Virus record (IMG/VR): IMGVR_UViG_3300032251_000002
Span: 1-64,000 of that record
Origin: a virus
Strand: one strand, 5' to 3'
DNA length: 64,000 nucleotides
Below, one piece after another: positions 10,025-20,126 of this stretch (position 1 is the first letter of the stretch; every line of letters starts with the position of its first letter). The notes beneath the pieces were generated by a model. It searched no databases. It was not told where the DNA came from and worked only from the letters and a program-made list of their open reading frames with translations. The position numbers were made by a program, and so were the translations under genes.

Positions 10025-10189
10025 TTAAGTCCTTCTTATAATACTATATTGACTTCCAGGAATAACCTTAGGTTTTCCATATTTGCTTATAAGTTCTTCT
10101 TTAGTCATACCATGTTCAATTCTACAGTGGTGCTTAGTGATATAGTATTCAGCTATATAATCACAATCTGGATGTGGACATTTTTCCAT
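10025..10189 (-). CDS. small C2H2 zinc-finger protein (Ros/MucR-like), absent from the ORF track
   Basis: own translation, 54 aa: MEKCPHPDCDYIAEYYITKHHCRIEHGMTKEELISKYGKPKVIPGSQYSIIRRT; GGAG RBS. Confidence 0.7.
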   Translation of the reverse strand: MEKCPHPDCDYIAEYYITKHHCRIEHGMTKEELISKYGKPKVIPGSQYSIIRRT

Positions 10190-10201
10190 ACAATTCTCCA
10201 A

Positions 10202-10927
10202 TTATTCAAATTCAACTACTTCATAGATATTACCATCACTAGCTTCAGCATATGTTACTTCATTATCTTCAAAAATATTGATTACTGATAGACTTGATAA
10301 ATCAACACCTTCTACAATAGAAAGCTCTCCATCATCTTCAGCTAATGCATAGAAGTTTCCTTCCATATCAGCAACTACTTCATAATTTTCATCACTAATT
10401 TCTTGTTCATCATTAATATTACCCATACCCTCATTTTTCATTATACTTGTAATTTCAGTTGAACTAATATCACCTGACTCTACATGTTCATCAAATATTT
10501 GGTCTAACTGAGAATCTATATCATCATCAGACTCTACATAAGATGTTGTATCACTGGGTTTAACATTTCCTTGATTTTCAGATATCATATCAAATAATTG
10601 TTTAGTAAGACCTTCACTTAATGAACTAGAACCTTTATTAAGATTGGCTTTCTTAAATTCAAAGTCAGCTTTAGTTTTCTTGATATTTATCTTTTCTTTT
10701 ATTAAACTTATTTTAGTAGTCTTTATTGAAACTAAATTACCTGTTTGTTTCTCTATAAATCCTAATACTCCACGGTTATTAGAACCTTTAATACTATCAA
10801 AGTGTGTTTTAACTTCATCATATAAACCATCTATATTAGCCATTTCTTCATCTAATAAACTTATCTCAGCATCAAATGTATCGGAAAAATCTAATGCATT
10901 TTTTAATTCTTCACTCATATAAACCAC
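10202..10927 (-). CDS. hypothetical protein (coiled-coil N-terminus, acidic C-terminus)
   Basis: ORF with RBS; start may be the ATG at 10918. Confidence 0.7.
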   Translation of the reverse strand: MVYMSEELKNALDFSDTFDAEISLLDEEMANIDGLYDEVKTHFDSIKGSNNRGVLGFIEKQTGNLVSIKTTKISLIKEKINIKKTKADFEFKKANLNKGSSSLSEGLTKQLFDMISENQGNVKPSDTTSYVESDDDIDSQLDQIFDEHVESGDISSTEITSIMKNEGMGNINDEQEISDENYEVVADMEGNFYALAEDDGELSIVEGVDLSSLSVINIFEDNEVTYAEASDGNIYEVVEFE

Positions 10928-11034
10928 CTTCCTTTATTTAATAATTAGTTCTTATTTTTATATTATTAAATAAAGATTTTTATATGTTCCAAAAAATAAA
11001 GTAAATACCTCATTGAGACATTTACTTTATCCTG

Positions 11035-11517
11035 TTACAATATTATTGTTTCTATTCCACATTTCTCTAAAAGTTTAAATGCTTCTGGTGCATCATCATA
11101 AACATCACTAAATACCACACGTTTAATACCTGCAGATATAAGTAATTTTGCACATGAATTACAAGGACTTAGTGTTACATAAGCTGTAGCACCTTCAGTA
11201 GATATACCATTTTTAGCAGCTTTAGCTATAGCATTCTGTTCAGCATGTATTTCATTGTCTAAAGACCAGTCATGATGTTCTTCTGAATGACTACAAACGA
11301 ACCATAAATCATCAATCTTTGTACTCCAAATACCTGAGTTCTTAACAAACTTATCATCACAGTTAGGTTGTCCACTATGAGTTCCGTTAATTCCAGATGA
11401 AATAATTTGTCCATCTCTAACTAATAAACAACATACCTTCTTAGCTGCACAATGACTCATTTCAGCCATACTTAAGGCAATTTCCATAAACTTTTTATCC
11501 CATTTAGTTATGTCCAT
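11035..11517 (-). CDS. dCMP deaminase
   Basis: HAEQNAI, SPCNSC zinc motif, SGINGT. Confidence 0.92.
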   Translation of the reverse strand: MDITKWDKKFMEIALSMAEMSHCAAKKVCCLLVRDGQIISSGINGTHSGQPNCDDKFVKNSGIWSTKIDDLWFVCSHSEEHHDWSLDNEIHAEQNAIAKAAKNGISTEGATAYVTLSPCNSCAKLLISAGIKRVVFSDVYDDAPEAFKLLEKCGIETIIL

Positions 11518-12224
11518 TAGTAATCCACCACCTTTAAGTATTGCTTTGTAACATACTTATCTTTCATAGTGTTAATAATTACAACATCAAATAATGACTC
11601 ATCTTCAGTTTCATAAACTTCTACTTGACATATAGATGAAGCTGCATGCTTCATAAGATATTTATGATTAATTTTTATCATAAGATGACTTTCATCTACA
11701 GGTTTTCCCATTGTAACTGTTTCACTATCTATATTTATGAACATTACACCATAATCTCTTAATGCTTTAAGTTGGTCAAATTCATCTTTATAATAGTATG
11801 CTGAAACCATTGGTTCTTTAGTATTTAAATCTTCTATATGATTATCTTCATATAAAGACTTTAGTCTAAATAATTTTGGACAGAACTCAGTTTCATAAAT
11901 AACTCCAGGAATTTCTGTTGTTATTCTAAAGAACTTTTCGTCACATTCAATATTTGTAATTAACTTCTTGTTTTCTTTATAGAATTGGAAGAATTTAACA
12001 GCATCAATTCTAATGTTCTTATTTTCTAAGAACTTAATTAAATTATGTGTCTTCTTACTTTCAATTAATTCACCCACAATTATAGGTGTGTGCTGAGCTC
12101 TTGCAGTTCTATGAATTACTCCATTAATTATAAAGTAATATTCATCACCATTTGCAATAGCTTTGTAATCTTGATTAATATCATTAATCATTTTACATAT
12201 ATCTTGAATTATATCTAATTCCAT
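11517..12224 (-). CDS. hypothetical protein
   Basis: ORF with GGAGG RBS, coupled to the deaminase gene. Confidence 0.7.
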   Translation of the reverse strand: MELDIIQDICKMINDINQDYKAIANGDEYYFIINGVIHRTARAQHTPIIVGELIESKKTHNLIKFLENKNIRIDAVKFFQFYKENKKLITNIECDEKFFRITTEIPGVIYETEFCPKLFRLKSLYEDNHIEDLNTKEPMVSAYYYKDEFDQLKALRDYGVMFINIDSETVTMGKPVDESHLMIKINHKYLMKHAASSICQVEVYETEDESLFDVVIINTMKDKYVTKQYLKVVDY

Positions 12225-12235
12225 ATTAACCTCCT

Positions 12236-12535
12236 TTAAATCAAATACTCCATCACTTCAGCTCGTATCATATTATTTAGTTTCTCATCATTTTTATCTC
12301 TTAAATCTACATGGAAAGATATATTGTGACTAATAGTTAAAGTTGCAGTTCTAACCTTATTAATTGAAAAATAGATGTATCCACAACTATCAACAATTTT
12401 AACATGTGGGTCAGTATATTGTATTTCAGACTCAAAACCTTTTAAAATATCACTTATAAGGTTCTTTACATATTTAGTGTTCTTATAGTCTTTATACCTT
12501 AATCTAAATTTCCATATAGGTATTACATTCATCAA
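12236..12535 (-). CDS. hypothetical protein
   Basis: ORF with RBS in operon. Confidence 0.65.
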   Translation of the reverse strand: MMNVIPIWKFRLRYKDYKNTKYVKNLISDILKGFESEIQYTDPHVKIVDSCGYIYFSINKVRTATLTISHNISFHVDLRDKNDEKLNNMIRAEVMEYLI

Positions 12536-12852
12536 AGTATACCTCCTATACCTGAAAGTTCCACATCCATAAATATAGATTTATATATTTTTTCCCACTC
12601 ATACTTATCTTTATTCATGAAATCTTTAACTTGTCGCTTAATATCATCTACTCCATTCATTTCTATACTTATAAACATTAAGTCAGCATTTCCACCAGTT
12701 CTAACAGATTCAATAGACTTCATAGAGTCTTGACATTTAGATATTAAAAATACATATAATGATGACCTAACTTCAGAATATTTCATTTCAATTATTTCTT
12801 CATGAGATAGCATGTCATATTCTTTAAATATTGGTTCTTGCAATTTAATCAT
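12532..12852 (-). CDS. hypothetical protein
   Basis: ORF with RBS in operon. Confidence 0.65.
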   Translation of the reverse strand: MIKLQEPIFKEYDMLSHEEIIEMKYSEVRSSLYVFLISKCQDSMKSIESVRTGGNADLMFISIEMNGVDDIKRQVKDFMNKDKYEWEKIYKSIFMDVELSGIGGIL

Positions 12853-12891
12853 AATATTCTCCTAAAAGAAAAGAGAAGAATAGAAATTAAT

Positions 12892-14712
12892 CTATTCTTC
12901 CATCTCAGCTTCTATTAGTTGCATAAATTCTTCTACACTTGGTAAACCAAACCATAATCTTCCGATTTGAATCCAGTCATGGCTTACAAATGTATCTATA
13001 AACTTATAGCCTTCATCCTCTGGTATTAATTTTTTCTTTAGTGCTTCTACATAAACATCACTGTGATTAAACATTAAATCAATCAGTGCATCTAGGGAGA
13101 CAATACTCTTTTCATCATAATCAAATATATTATTCTTTTCTAGGAATAATACAAGAGCTGCTGGACTAGGAATCTTCTCAGCAAATAGTAATATTAATTT
13201 ACCTAATTGTGTACTAACATCAATATTGAATGCTAGGATAATACTAGGGTACAGAGACGATAAATCGAAGTCAATAACATTTTCATGTATAAATCTACTA
13301 CGTAAACCATTAATCAATTTACCCATAGCTGCATTAAGTAATGGATTAGCTACAAACGCTCCACGGAATTTCTCTGATTTAGGTCTGTCTCCACCATAAG
13401 TTTGATTACGGTTATTTGACATGATAAACCCTTGGTCTGCTATAAACTTAGATGCTAAGTTCTTAAGACATACTGTCTTCTTAAGAGTATGATTAACTCT
13501 TGTTTGTGTCATTGATGCTATCATATTAAGCATTTCTAAATCTTGATTCTTTTCCTCAAGAATGTAAAGTAAGATTGTATCGTGAATTGAGTATTCAACG
13601 AATCTTCTATAATTCTTCCAAGGGAAGTTTTTGATTGTAGCACCTTCATTATCTGGGTCAATAGAAACTTTACGCTCATCAATTTCTTCTTCACATATAG
13701 CATCTAAAGCATACGACTCTTTTTTACCAAATATTTTTCTTAAGTTAGCATAAAGAAGTAATTGGTCTTTAAAGACAGTATAGTTTGAGCATTCAAAGTA
13801 ATCAGTCTTATCAGCAAAATCTTGATGTCTATTATCTTCATAGTAATATGCTTGTTGATAAGGAATTTCACTAGAACACATAATATCTTCAACATCATAA
13901 CCTAATTTAATAATACGGTTATATAGTGTAAGAATATCGAATTTCATGTTCCAAGCCATTACATAATCTAATTTAAGTTCATTGATTAATGTAAAGAAGT
14001 CAACTATTAAATCAATTTCTTCATCATACATCTTAAGTTTAACTTTAATATCTAAATCATAATTGTCAGCATATTTAGCTTTAATTTCTTTCTTAAAAGC
14101 TTTGATGTCAGCTTCAAACTCTTCAATAAGAGGATTTTCTTCATTTCTCAAGAATAGTCCATATAGAGTCATTGTCTGTGCATCAAAGAAAGTAATTGCA
14201 TTAACTTCACATGGTGCAACATGTTCATCTGGGAAACCTTCATTATCTTTACCGTCAACCTCGATATCAAAGAATCCTTTAGTTATAAGGTTATTACTTT
14301 TGTCCATTGGATACTTATCAAAGTGTTTTGCTATATAGATATCTTGAATATCCATATCAGATGCGTGTACATTTGGATTAAGGTGTAACTTTCTAGCGTA
14401 ATGAGCCTTACCACTTTTTAGACAATCATAATAGAATGCTTCTTCATCTAATTCAATCGCCATTGTTTTTAATAAGTCTCTGTAATCACATGTAATTTCT
14501 CCAACAGAACTTGGTTCTATGAATGTAACAGGTGTATCTAGTTCTTCACCTTGTTTGTTTACATAAAACGTTATCTCTGGGTCATCAACTACTTCATGAA
14601 ATTTCTCACCAGTCTCTTCGTTCTTCATTATCATAACTAGCTTGTCATCAAATTTGTCGCTACCATACTTTTGACGAAAATATGTAGTCTTGATTAGTTG
14701 GTGTCTATCCAT
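12892..14712 (-). CDS. split family-B DNA polymerase, N-terminal subunit (3'-5' exonuclease plus motif A)
   Basis: FFDIEVD (ExoI), AWNMKFD (ExoII), YSIHDT (ExoIII), RGAFV, DFDLSSLYPSII (motif A). Confidence 0.92.
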   Translation of the reverse strand: MDRHQLIKTTYFRQKYGSDKFDDKLVMIMKNEETGEKFHEVVDDPEITFYVNKQGEELDTPVTFIEPSSVGEITCDYRDLLKTMAIELDEEAFYYDCLKSGKAHYARKLHLNPNVHASDMDIQDIYIAKHFDKYPMDKSNNLITKGFFDIEVDGKDNEGFPDEHVAPCEVNAITFFDAQTMTLYGLFLRNEENPLIEEFEADIKAFKKEIKAKYADNYDLDIKVKLKMYDEEIDLIVDFFTLINELKLDYVMAWNMKFDILTLYNRIIKLGYDVEDIMCSSEIPYQQAYYYEDNRHQDFADKTDYFECSNYTVFKDQLLLYANLRKIFGKKESYALDAICEEEIDERKVSIDPDNEGATIKNFPWKNYRRFVEYSIHDTILLYILEEKNQDLEMLNMIASMTQTRVNHTLKKTVCLKNLASKFIADQGFIMSNNRNQTYGGDRPKSEKFRGAFVANPLLNAAMGKLINGLRSRFIHENVIDFDLSSLYPSIILAFNIDVSTQLGKLILLFAEKIPSPAALVLFLEKNNIFDYDEKSIVSLDALIDLMFNHSDVYVEALKKKLIPEDEGYKFIDTFVSHDWIQIGRLWFGLPSVEEFMQLIEAEMEE

Positions 14713-14719
14713 ATTTTAC

Positions 14720-14748
14720 CCTCCTTTATTGTCTCTCAATTTACTGTT
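14720..14748 (-). promoter_or_regulatory. late-type promoter plus 17-nt leader shared with the other polymerase gene
   Basis: AACA GTAAAT TG then AGAGACAATAAAGGAGG, identical to 400..416. Confidence 0.7.
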
Positions 14749-14750
14749 AA

Positions 14751-15107
14751 TTAGTAACTTAAATCTTCAAATTCAAATTCCATAGCTACTCTCTTAAATT
14801 CTGCTTCCATTTGTTTTTGTGTAAGAGAAGTTATATCTTTTATCACTCGTTTAGTTGCAATATTTCCTATTGGAAATATTAGAACGTTAAGTTTATTATC
14901 TCCTATTGATTGAACTAGACATATTAACGTAAGTGAGTCATCATGCTCTAATTTAGTTTCTAAGTATTTAGCTTCAATACTATAACCATAATCATCCCAC
15001 CAATCAAACATTCTTTCTACAAAATATTTCATATATAATTCATAAACTATTTGTATAGCATCTTGTGGAGTCTTACAATCATTTATATCTTTAAGTGTAA
15101 TGTTCAA
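14751..15107 (-). CDS. hypothetical protein
   Basis: ORF in early operon. Confidence 0.6.
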   Translation of the reverse strand: MNITLKDINDCKTPQDAIQIVYELYMKYFVERMFDWWDDYGYSIEAKYLETKLEHDDSLTLICLVQSIGDNKLNVLIFPIGNIATKRVIKDITSLTQKQMEAEFKRVAMEFEFEDLSY

Positions 15108-15115
15108 AATACCTC

Positions 15116-15472
15116 CTACATTTCCATAAATATATCCATCATAAATCCTCTCATTTCATGTTTTTGTCTATCATCAGTATCATTCTTTATAGCATGCCTT
15201 CTAAACATTTCTCTATCAGATGGTTTAAAACCACTATTGTTTTTACTTAAGAATATCAAACTAGACATACCTTTGAGTCTATAAAATATCATTTCAACCT
15301 TACCACCCATAACTCTTTTAAAAGATATTATAAATTTAAAATGAATTATTCCATCAGAAAACATTGGTGGTATTATTCCTATAATTATCTCTTCACCGTT
15401 TCTTTCTGAGTATACTCCATTATCTTTACATATTTCTTCTATATAGTTACATATTTCTTGCTTCATCATCAT
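15116..15472 (-). CDS. hypothetical protein
   Basis: ORF in early operon. Confidence 0.6.
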   Translation of the reverse strand: MMMKQEICNYIEEICKDNGVYSERNGEEIIIGIIPPMFSDGIIHFKFIISFKRVMGGKVEMIFYRLKGMSSLIFLSKNNSGFKPSDREMFRRHAIKNDTDDRQKHEMRGFMMDIFMEM

Positions 15473-15981
15473 AGAATATACTCCTTTCTTTTATGATACG
15501 AATGTGCAGTCTTTATAGTTTTAACATTACTTATTGCTTTATTTGTGGTTTCACTTTGGTCTAATCTTCCTTCTTTTTTATGCTTTAAAAATATTGCAGT
15601 AAGTATATCGTTCTTATTGTGATTATCTAATACTTGTATCTCAGGTTCAAATCTATCTTCTAGTAAGAAGGGAAGTAAAGCTGCACGTATTTGAGTTTTA
15701 ACATCAGTTCCATCATCCAATATTAACATATCGTTTATTTTTGGAAGTTTATTAGAACTATCCTTCCATATATCTGGATAAACATTAACAACTCTTCGTG
15801 TTGATGTTATCCTAATAACTTCATCAATATGGTCAATATCTATAGTTTCAGTTTTAGTATGGAATTGTATTTCACCTTCATCTATATCATCATTAAATAC
15901 AATATTAAACACACCCATTTCAGTAAGTATATCTACTATAGTTGTAGTTATACCTCTAAAAATTTCTTTGTTATTATACAT
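15469..15981 (-). CDS. hypothetical protein
   Basis: ORF in early operon. Confidence 0.6.
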   Translation of the reverse strand: MYNNKEIFRGITTTIVDILTEMGVFNIVFNDDIDEGEIQFHTKTETIDIDHIDEVIRITSTRRVVNVYPDIWKDSSNKLPKINDMLILDDGTDVKTQIRAALLPFLLEDRFEPEIQVLDNHNKNDILTAIFLKHKKEGRLDQSETTNKAISNVKTIKTAHSYHKRKEYIL

Positions 15982-16325
15982 TATAATAATCCTCCCATTA
16001 ATCCTTCCATTAGTATTGCAAGTAAACTATTTTTAACATCATCTCCTTCTTCAAGTATTAATTCTTTTTTACCTCTCAAGTCAATAATATCTGTATATCC
16101 TGTCTTTGAATTACAATCTGAAAAAGATAATATAAATCTATTATGATTTATAAATTTTAAAGATAAGAAGGATTCCTTCTTTTCAGAGTTTTTATATCTT
16201 AAAAAGAATCTTCCTTGAGAATAAAGATTATCAACTTTAATAACTTCATAAGCTAATTCATTATTTATTATATTGAATACTATATTTCTTATCTCCATCA
16301 TTCTTTTATGAGTTGTAGCTAGCAT
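15981..16325 (-). CDS. hypothetical protein
   Basis: ORF in early operon. Confidence 0.6.
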   Translation of the reverse strand: MLATTHKRMMEIRNIVFNIINNELAYEVIKVDNLYSQGRFFLRYKNSEKKESFLSLKFINHNRFILSFSDCNSKTGYTDIIDLRGKKELILEEGDDVKNSLLAILMEGLMGGLL

Positions 16326-16337
16326 TATTTGTCCTCC

Positions 16338-16652
16338 TTAAATTAATGACATAGTTAATCTTAAAAACTTCTCTCGCAATATATCATAAATTGTACTAGC
16401 ATCACATTTATCTATATGTGCTTTGTGAGTAAGAATCCTCCCACCAAATGAACCATGAACTGTAGTGTTTCTATTTCTATAAACTTTTATATCAAGTCTA
16501 AGGTTTCTTAGAGTTATAACTACATCATGACCATTTTTAAAATCCTTCATAATTAATTTATGTTCTTTCATAACTTCAGTCCATTCAGCTTCATCAAGAC
16601 CTAAATCATTTTTAACAAATAAAAGAACTTTATTCATTATTTCATTATTCAT
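16338..16652 (-). CDS. hypothetical protein
   Basis: first ORF after the early-type promoter. Confidence 0.6.
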   Translation of the reverse strand: MNNEIMNKVLLFVKNDLGLDEAEWTEVMKEHKLIMKDFKNGHDVVITLRNLRLDIKVYRNRNTTVHGSFGGRILTHKAHIDKCDASTIYDILREKFLRLTMSLI

Positions 16653-16689
16653 TTAGTACACTCCTTTTTATAGTTTAAATTTAGTCAAA

Positions 16690-16705
16690 CATATAATATA
16701 TATTT
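16690..16705 (-). promoter_or_regulatory. early-type promoter
   Basis: AAATATATATTATATG on the minus strand. Confidence 0.6.
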
Positions 16706-16744
16706 AAAATAGTTTATGACTATTAAATTAATTTATCATTTAGG

Positions 16745-16756
16745 AACATATAAATA
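16745..16756 (+). promoter_or_regulatory. late-type promoter
   Basis: AACA TATAAA TA upstream of portal. Confidence 0.65.
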
Positions 16757-16775
16757 ATCGAAAGGAGGAATAAAA

Positions 16776-19184
16776 TTGGCTAATAACGATTCGAAAAAAC
16801 GTTCTAATAAAGGCTCAAGAGGTATTAGTAGCTCTTTAGATGTTCTTTCAAAAATTGGAAAGTTAACAACTAGTATGATTTTTGGAACAGATGAAGATTT
16901 CCATAAAGAAAATAACGGAGATATTGAACTTATTAAGAACACTATAAATAAAGTAAATAGTCAGTATAAACAAAATACTGGTAGTGATATTATTGAATTC
17001 TTTAGTGCAGTTACTAATGAAGTCGAAAGAAACAAAGCTAAAGATAATAAACCAGGTGAGGTTGGTAAGAGAATAGATATTAATTCTCTAGTTGAAAATC
17101 CTCAGAATGGTTTAATTAATGACATTTTCTTTGCTGAAGGTGAAAGAATTAACTTATATCAAAACTATGAATTACTTTATGATAACATTCCACAAATGGC
17201 ACAAGCGTTAGATACTTATGTTGATAATGTTATGTCACCAGATGATTTTACAAAGAATGTTTTCAATGTTTCATATGATAGTAAAAATATTTCTGACAGT
17301 AACATGGAGGAAACTCAAAATTTAGAAGTAATTAATAAAATAAACAACATACTTGATATTTATAAAATAGAAAGTAAGTCTAAAAAGATTATTAAGAATT
17401 CTCTAAAACTTGGAGACCAATTTGTAGCTGTTTTAAAAATGGAAAAAGAATTGAACTCAATGTTAACTGAATCAAATAACACTGAAGCTAAAGATTTATT
17501 TATGACTGAAGATGGTTCATTAAAAGATAATAAGTCTTATGACTTATCTGTAGAAAAAGTTGTACTTGAATCAGGTGAGGTTTCTATACTTGAGAAATTG
17601 TTTGCTGGAAATGAAGTACTTAAACCAGCATCAACATTAAATGAAAGTGCAACACCAGAAGATGTGACATCTTACAATGAATCTAAACAAAAATTTAAGA
17701 AATTAACAGAGCAATGGAAGCAAAACTTATCTGAAACTATTAACTCAAATGTTGAAATAGAAATGGATAGTTCTACTTTACTTGAAAATAATTATATTGC
17801 AATGCAAGACTTTAAACGTGAGAATGATAGATTAGCTCAAAGAGGTAATAAAAAGGCTAAAGAGACTGATGATGTAACAATTAATGGTTCTGTAGTTAAA
17901 ATTCTTGAATCGGATAGAGTTATTAAACTTGTAATGGATGATATGGTATATGGATATTACTATATTGAAAAGATTGATGATAAAGATTTTGGTAAGAGAC
18001 TTTCTAAGCAAGGTGCATTTACTAACTTAAGTAAAGGTACAGATGCTAATGAGGCTAATCTTAAACATAAATTAATTACTGATATCTTTGTTAAGAATTT
18101 AGCTAAGAAGATTGATAAGAAATTCATTGCTAAGAATAAAGACTTTAAGAATGTTATTTATGCGTTATTGAAGCAAGATTACATTACTGATAAGAAGGTT
18201 AAGATTACATACCTTGCTCCAAATGAAGTTGTACACTTTAAAGGTGATGATGAAACAGGAGATTATGGTAGTTCAATCTATAAGTCTATTTTATTCACTG
18301 CTAAGATTTATTTAGCAGTATTAACAAGTACTCTAATGCAAAAACTTGTTAGGTCTCCAGAGAAACGTGCTTTTTACATTGAGACAGATGTTGACCAAGA
18401 TACAGAAGCTGCAATCCAAGGTTTTGTAAGAGATATAAAAACTAAGGATATTACCATGAATTCTATGAAAGACATAACAACAATAATGTCTAGTGTAGGT
18501 ACATTCCATGATATGTATATTCCTGTAGTGGATGGTAATAAACCAGTAGAAATTGATACAATTCCAGGAATGGATGTAGATATGGATAATGAATTCCTTG
18601 AGTATTTACTTAAGACTATGATTTCTGGATTAGGTATTCCACCAGATTTCTTATCATATTCAGATGCTGAGTTTGTACGTTCTCTTGCTATGCAGAATGG
18701 TAAGTTTGTTAGACGTATTATTGTTCTACAAAAAATCTTTGGTGATGGATTCTCTGAATTAATTCAAAAACTATATGTTAATGAATATGGAGAAAATATT
18801 CCTAATAAGACTAATGTAGATAAAAAAGTAGAAGTTAAAGAAGAAGATAATCTGGTTAATGAAGCTGTTGATAATAAAATTAAAAATCTTACTATTCAAA
18901 TTGATAAGATTAGAGCTGAGTTCCCACCACCATCTTCATTGAACATGACCAATATGGCAGAACAAATTAACAATAGTTCTGATATTATTGAGTTTGTAGT
19001 TAACACTATAATTGGTGAAAGTACAGAGGATGCAGAAATATTAAGAGATAATCTTAAGAGAAGTGTAGCTAAATCATTAGTTCCATCTATTGCTTGGAAT
19101 AAATATGAAGCTATGAATAATGCAGCCAAAGTAGATGAAACTGAAATTAAGTTAACTGCTAGTAAAGAAGATGATGGATATTAA
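16776..19184 (+). CDS. portal protein (T4 gp20-like)
   Basis: RSPEKRAFYIE (cf. gp20 RAPERRxxYxD), IDTIPG, MISGLGIPPDFL; TTG start with AGGAGG. Confidence 0.8.
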   Translation: MANNDSKKRSNKGSRGISSSLDVLSKIGKLTTSMIFGTDEDFHKENNGDIELIKNTINKVNSQYKQNTGSDIIEFFSAVTNEVERNKAKDNKPGEVGKRIDINSLVENPQNGLINDIFFAEGERINLYQNYELLYDNIPQMAQALDTYVDNVMSPDDFTKNVFNVSYDSKNISDSNMEETQNLEVINKINNILDIYKIESKSKKIIKNSLKLGDQFVAVLKMEKELNSMLTESNNTEAKDLFMTEDGSLKDNKSYDLSVEKVVLESGEVSILEKLFAGNEVLKPASTLNESATPEDVTSYNESKQKFKKLTEQWKQNLSETINSNVEIEMDSSTLLENNYIAMQDFKRENDRLAQRGNKKAKETDDVTINGSVVKILESDRVIKLVMDDMVYGYYYIEKIDDKDFGKRLSKQGAFTNLSKGTDANEANLKHKLITDIFVKNLAKKIDKKFIAKNKDFKNVIYALLKQDYITDKKVKITYLAPNEVVHFKGDDETGDYGSSIYKSILFTAKIYLAVLTSTLMQKLVRSPEKRAFYIETDVDQDTEAAIQGFVRDIKTKDITMNSMKDITTIMSSVGTFHDMYIPVVDGNKPVEIDTIPGMDVDMDNEFLEYLLKTMISGLGIPPDFLSYSDAEFVRSLAMQNGKFVRRIIVLQKIFGDGFSELIQKLYVNEYGENIPNKTNVDKKVEVKEEDNLVNEAVDNKIKNLTIQIDKIRAEFPPPSSLNMTNMAEQINNSSDIIEFVVNTIIGESTEDAEILRDNLKRSVAKSLVPSIAWNKYEAMNNAAKVDETEIKLTASKEDDGY

Positions 19185-19191
19185 AAAAAAT

Positions 19192-19221
19192 AAAGACTAT
19201 AACCTTTACGGTTATAGTCTC
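19192..19221. terminator. bidirectional terminator
   Basis: AGACTATAACC/GGTTATAGTCT between convergent genes. Confidence 0.75.
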
Positions 19222-19232
19222 TTCTTTATTAA

Positions 19233-20057
19233 TTATTCTGGTCTTGATTGTCCAGATTTGTCTACTTCGTAAGAACCAACACTAGCAGAGTCGTCATATC
19301 CGTGGTCTAAGCCACCAACTTCAACAACATTGACAGGGTCGAATTCGCCCATTTCAGCAAAGCCGAATTGAACTCTTTCCTTAAGAACTTTCTTAGCAAA
19401 CTCGTCAACCTTAGCTGACATATGGAAATCTCCTGAGAATGATTGGTCATATTCTACTTGGTCATGTGTACCAATTGTATGGTTGAAATGACTAAGTCTA
19501 ATAGCTTTAGGCATAACTGCAGTGTAATACGCAGCGAATTCAATATTGTTCTTGTCAACGTTATTAGCGTCTGGACGAGTAACGATATAAATCAATTCAC
19601 CTGTATGGTTAGCAGTAGCATAATCCATTCCATGAATCTTAGGATAAGTAGCGATACCCGTTTCTGGGTCTCTAATTCCACTAATCCAATATTGATACAT
19701 GTTCTTCATTGGAGAACCACTGAACTCTTGATGTTTAAGAGTAAACTCAGTGTTTTGTTTTTGGATACCACCAGCAACATGGAATTCATTAGCATTAAAG
19801 CCATGTGTAACTCCGAATGTTTGAAGTTCGATATCACTTAATCCACCAAACTCTTTGAAGTTTTTCTCTGTCAAAGCAGCGAACTGAGGATAAACCTTAG
19901 TCACCCATGATGGAAGTGTTACCCACTTAATAAAAGCATAACCAGTTACTAATGGGTCAAAATCAAGTGTTTGCAAGTCTAAAGAACCTGTAAAGAAGTT
20001 CTTATTAGCTGCTATATCAGTTTTAAAAACGTTAATTTGCGTACTTGGTTTAATCAT
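19233..20057 (-). CDS. probable tail tube protein
   Basis: directly downstream of the sheath gene; beta-rich; YWISGIRDPETG resembles the tube W...DP.TG motif. Confidence 0.65.
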   Translation of the reverse strand: MIKPSTQINVFKTDIAANKNFFTGSLDLQTLDFDPLVTGYAFIKWVTLPSWVTKVYPQFAALTEKNFKEFGGLSDIELQTFGVTHGFNANEFHVAGGIQKQNTEFTLKHQEFSGSPMKNMYQYWISGIRDPETGIATYPKIHGMDYATANHTGELIYIVTRPDANNVDKNNIEFAAYYTAVMPKAIRLSHFNHTIGTHDQVEYDQSFSGDFHMSAKVDEFAKKVLKERVQFGFAEMGEFDPVNVVEVGGLDHGYDDSASVGSYEVDKSGQSRPE

Positions 20058-20126
20058 ACTGATTCATCTTCCTTTCTATTAAAATTATGGTGGGCAGATT
20101 TAACTACCCACCGAGATATTATCTAA

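Noticed and set aside
12670-12705. RTGGNADLMF as a RecA-like mimic in 12532..12852
   Set aside because: Single short match with no neighbouring motifs; chance is likely
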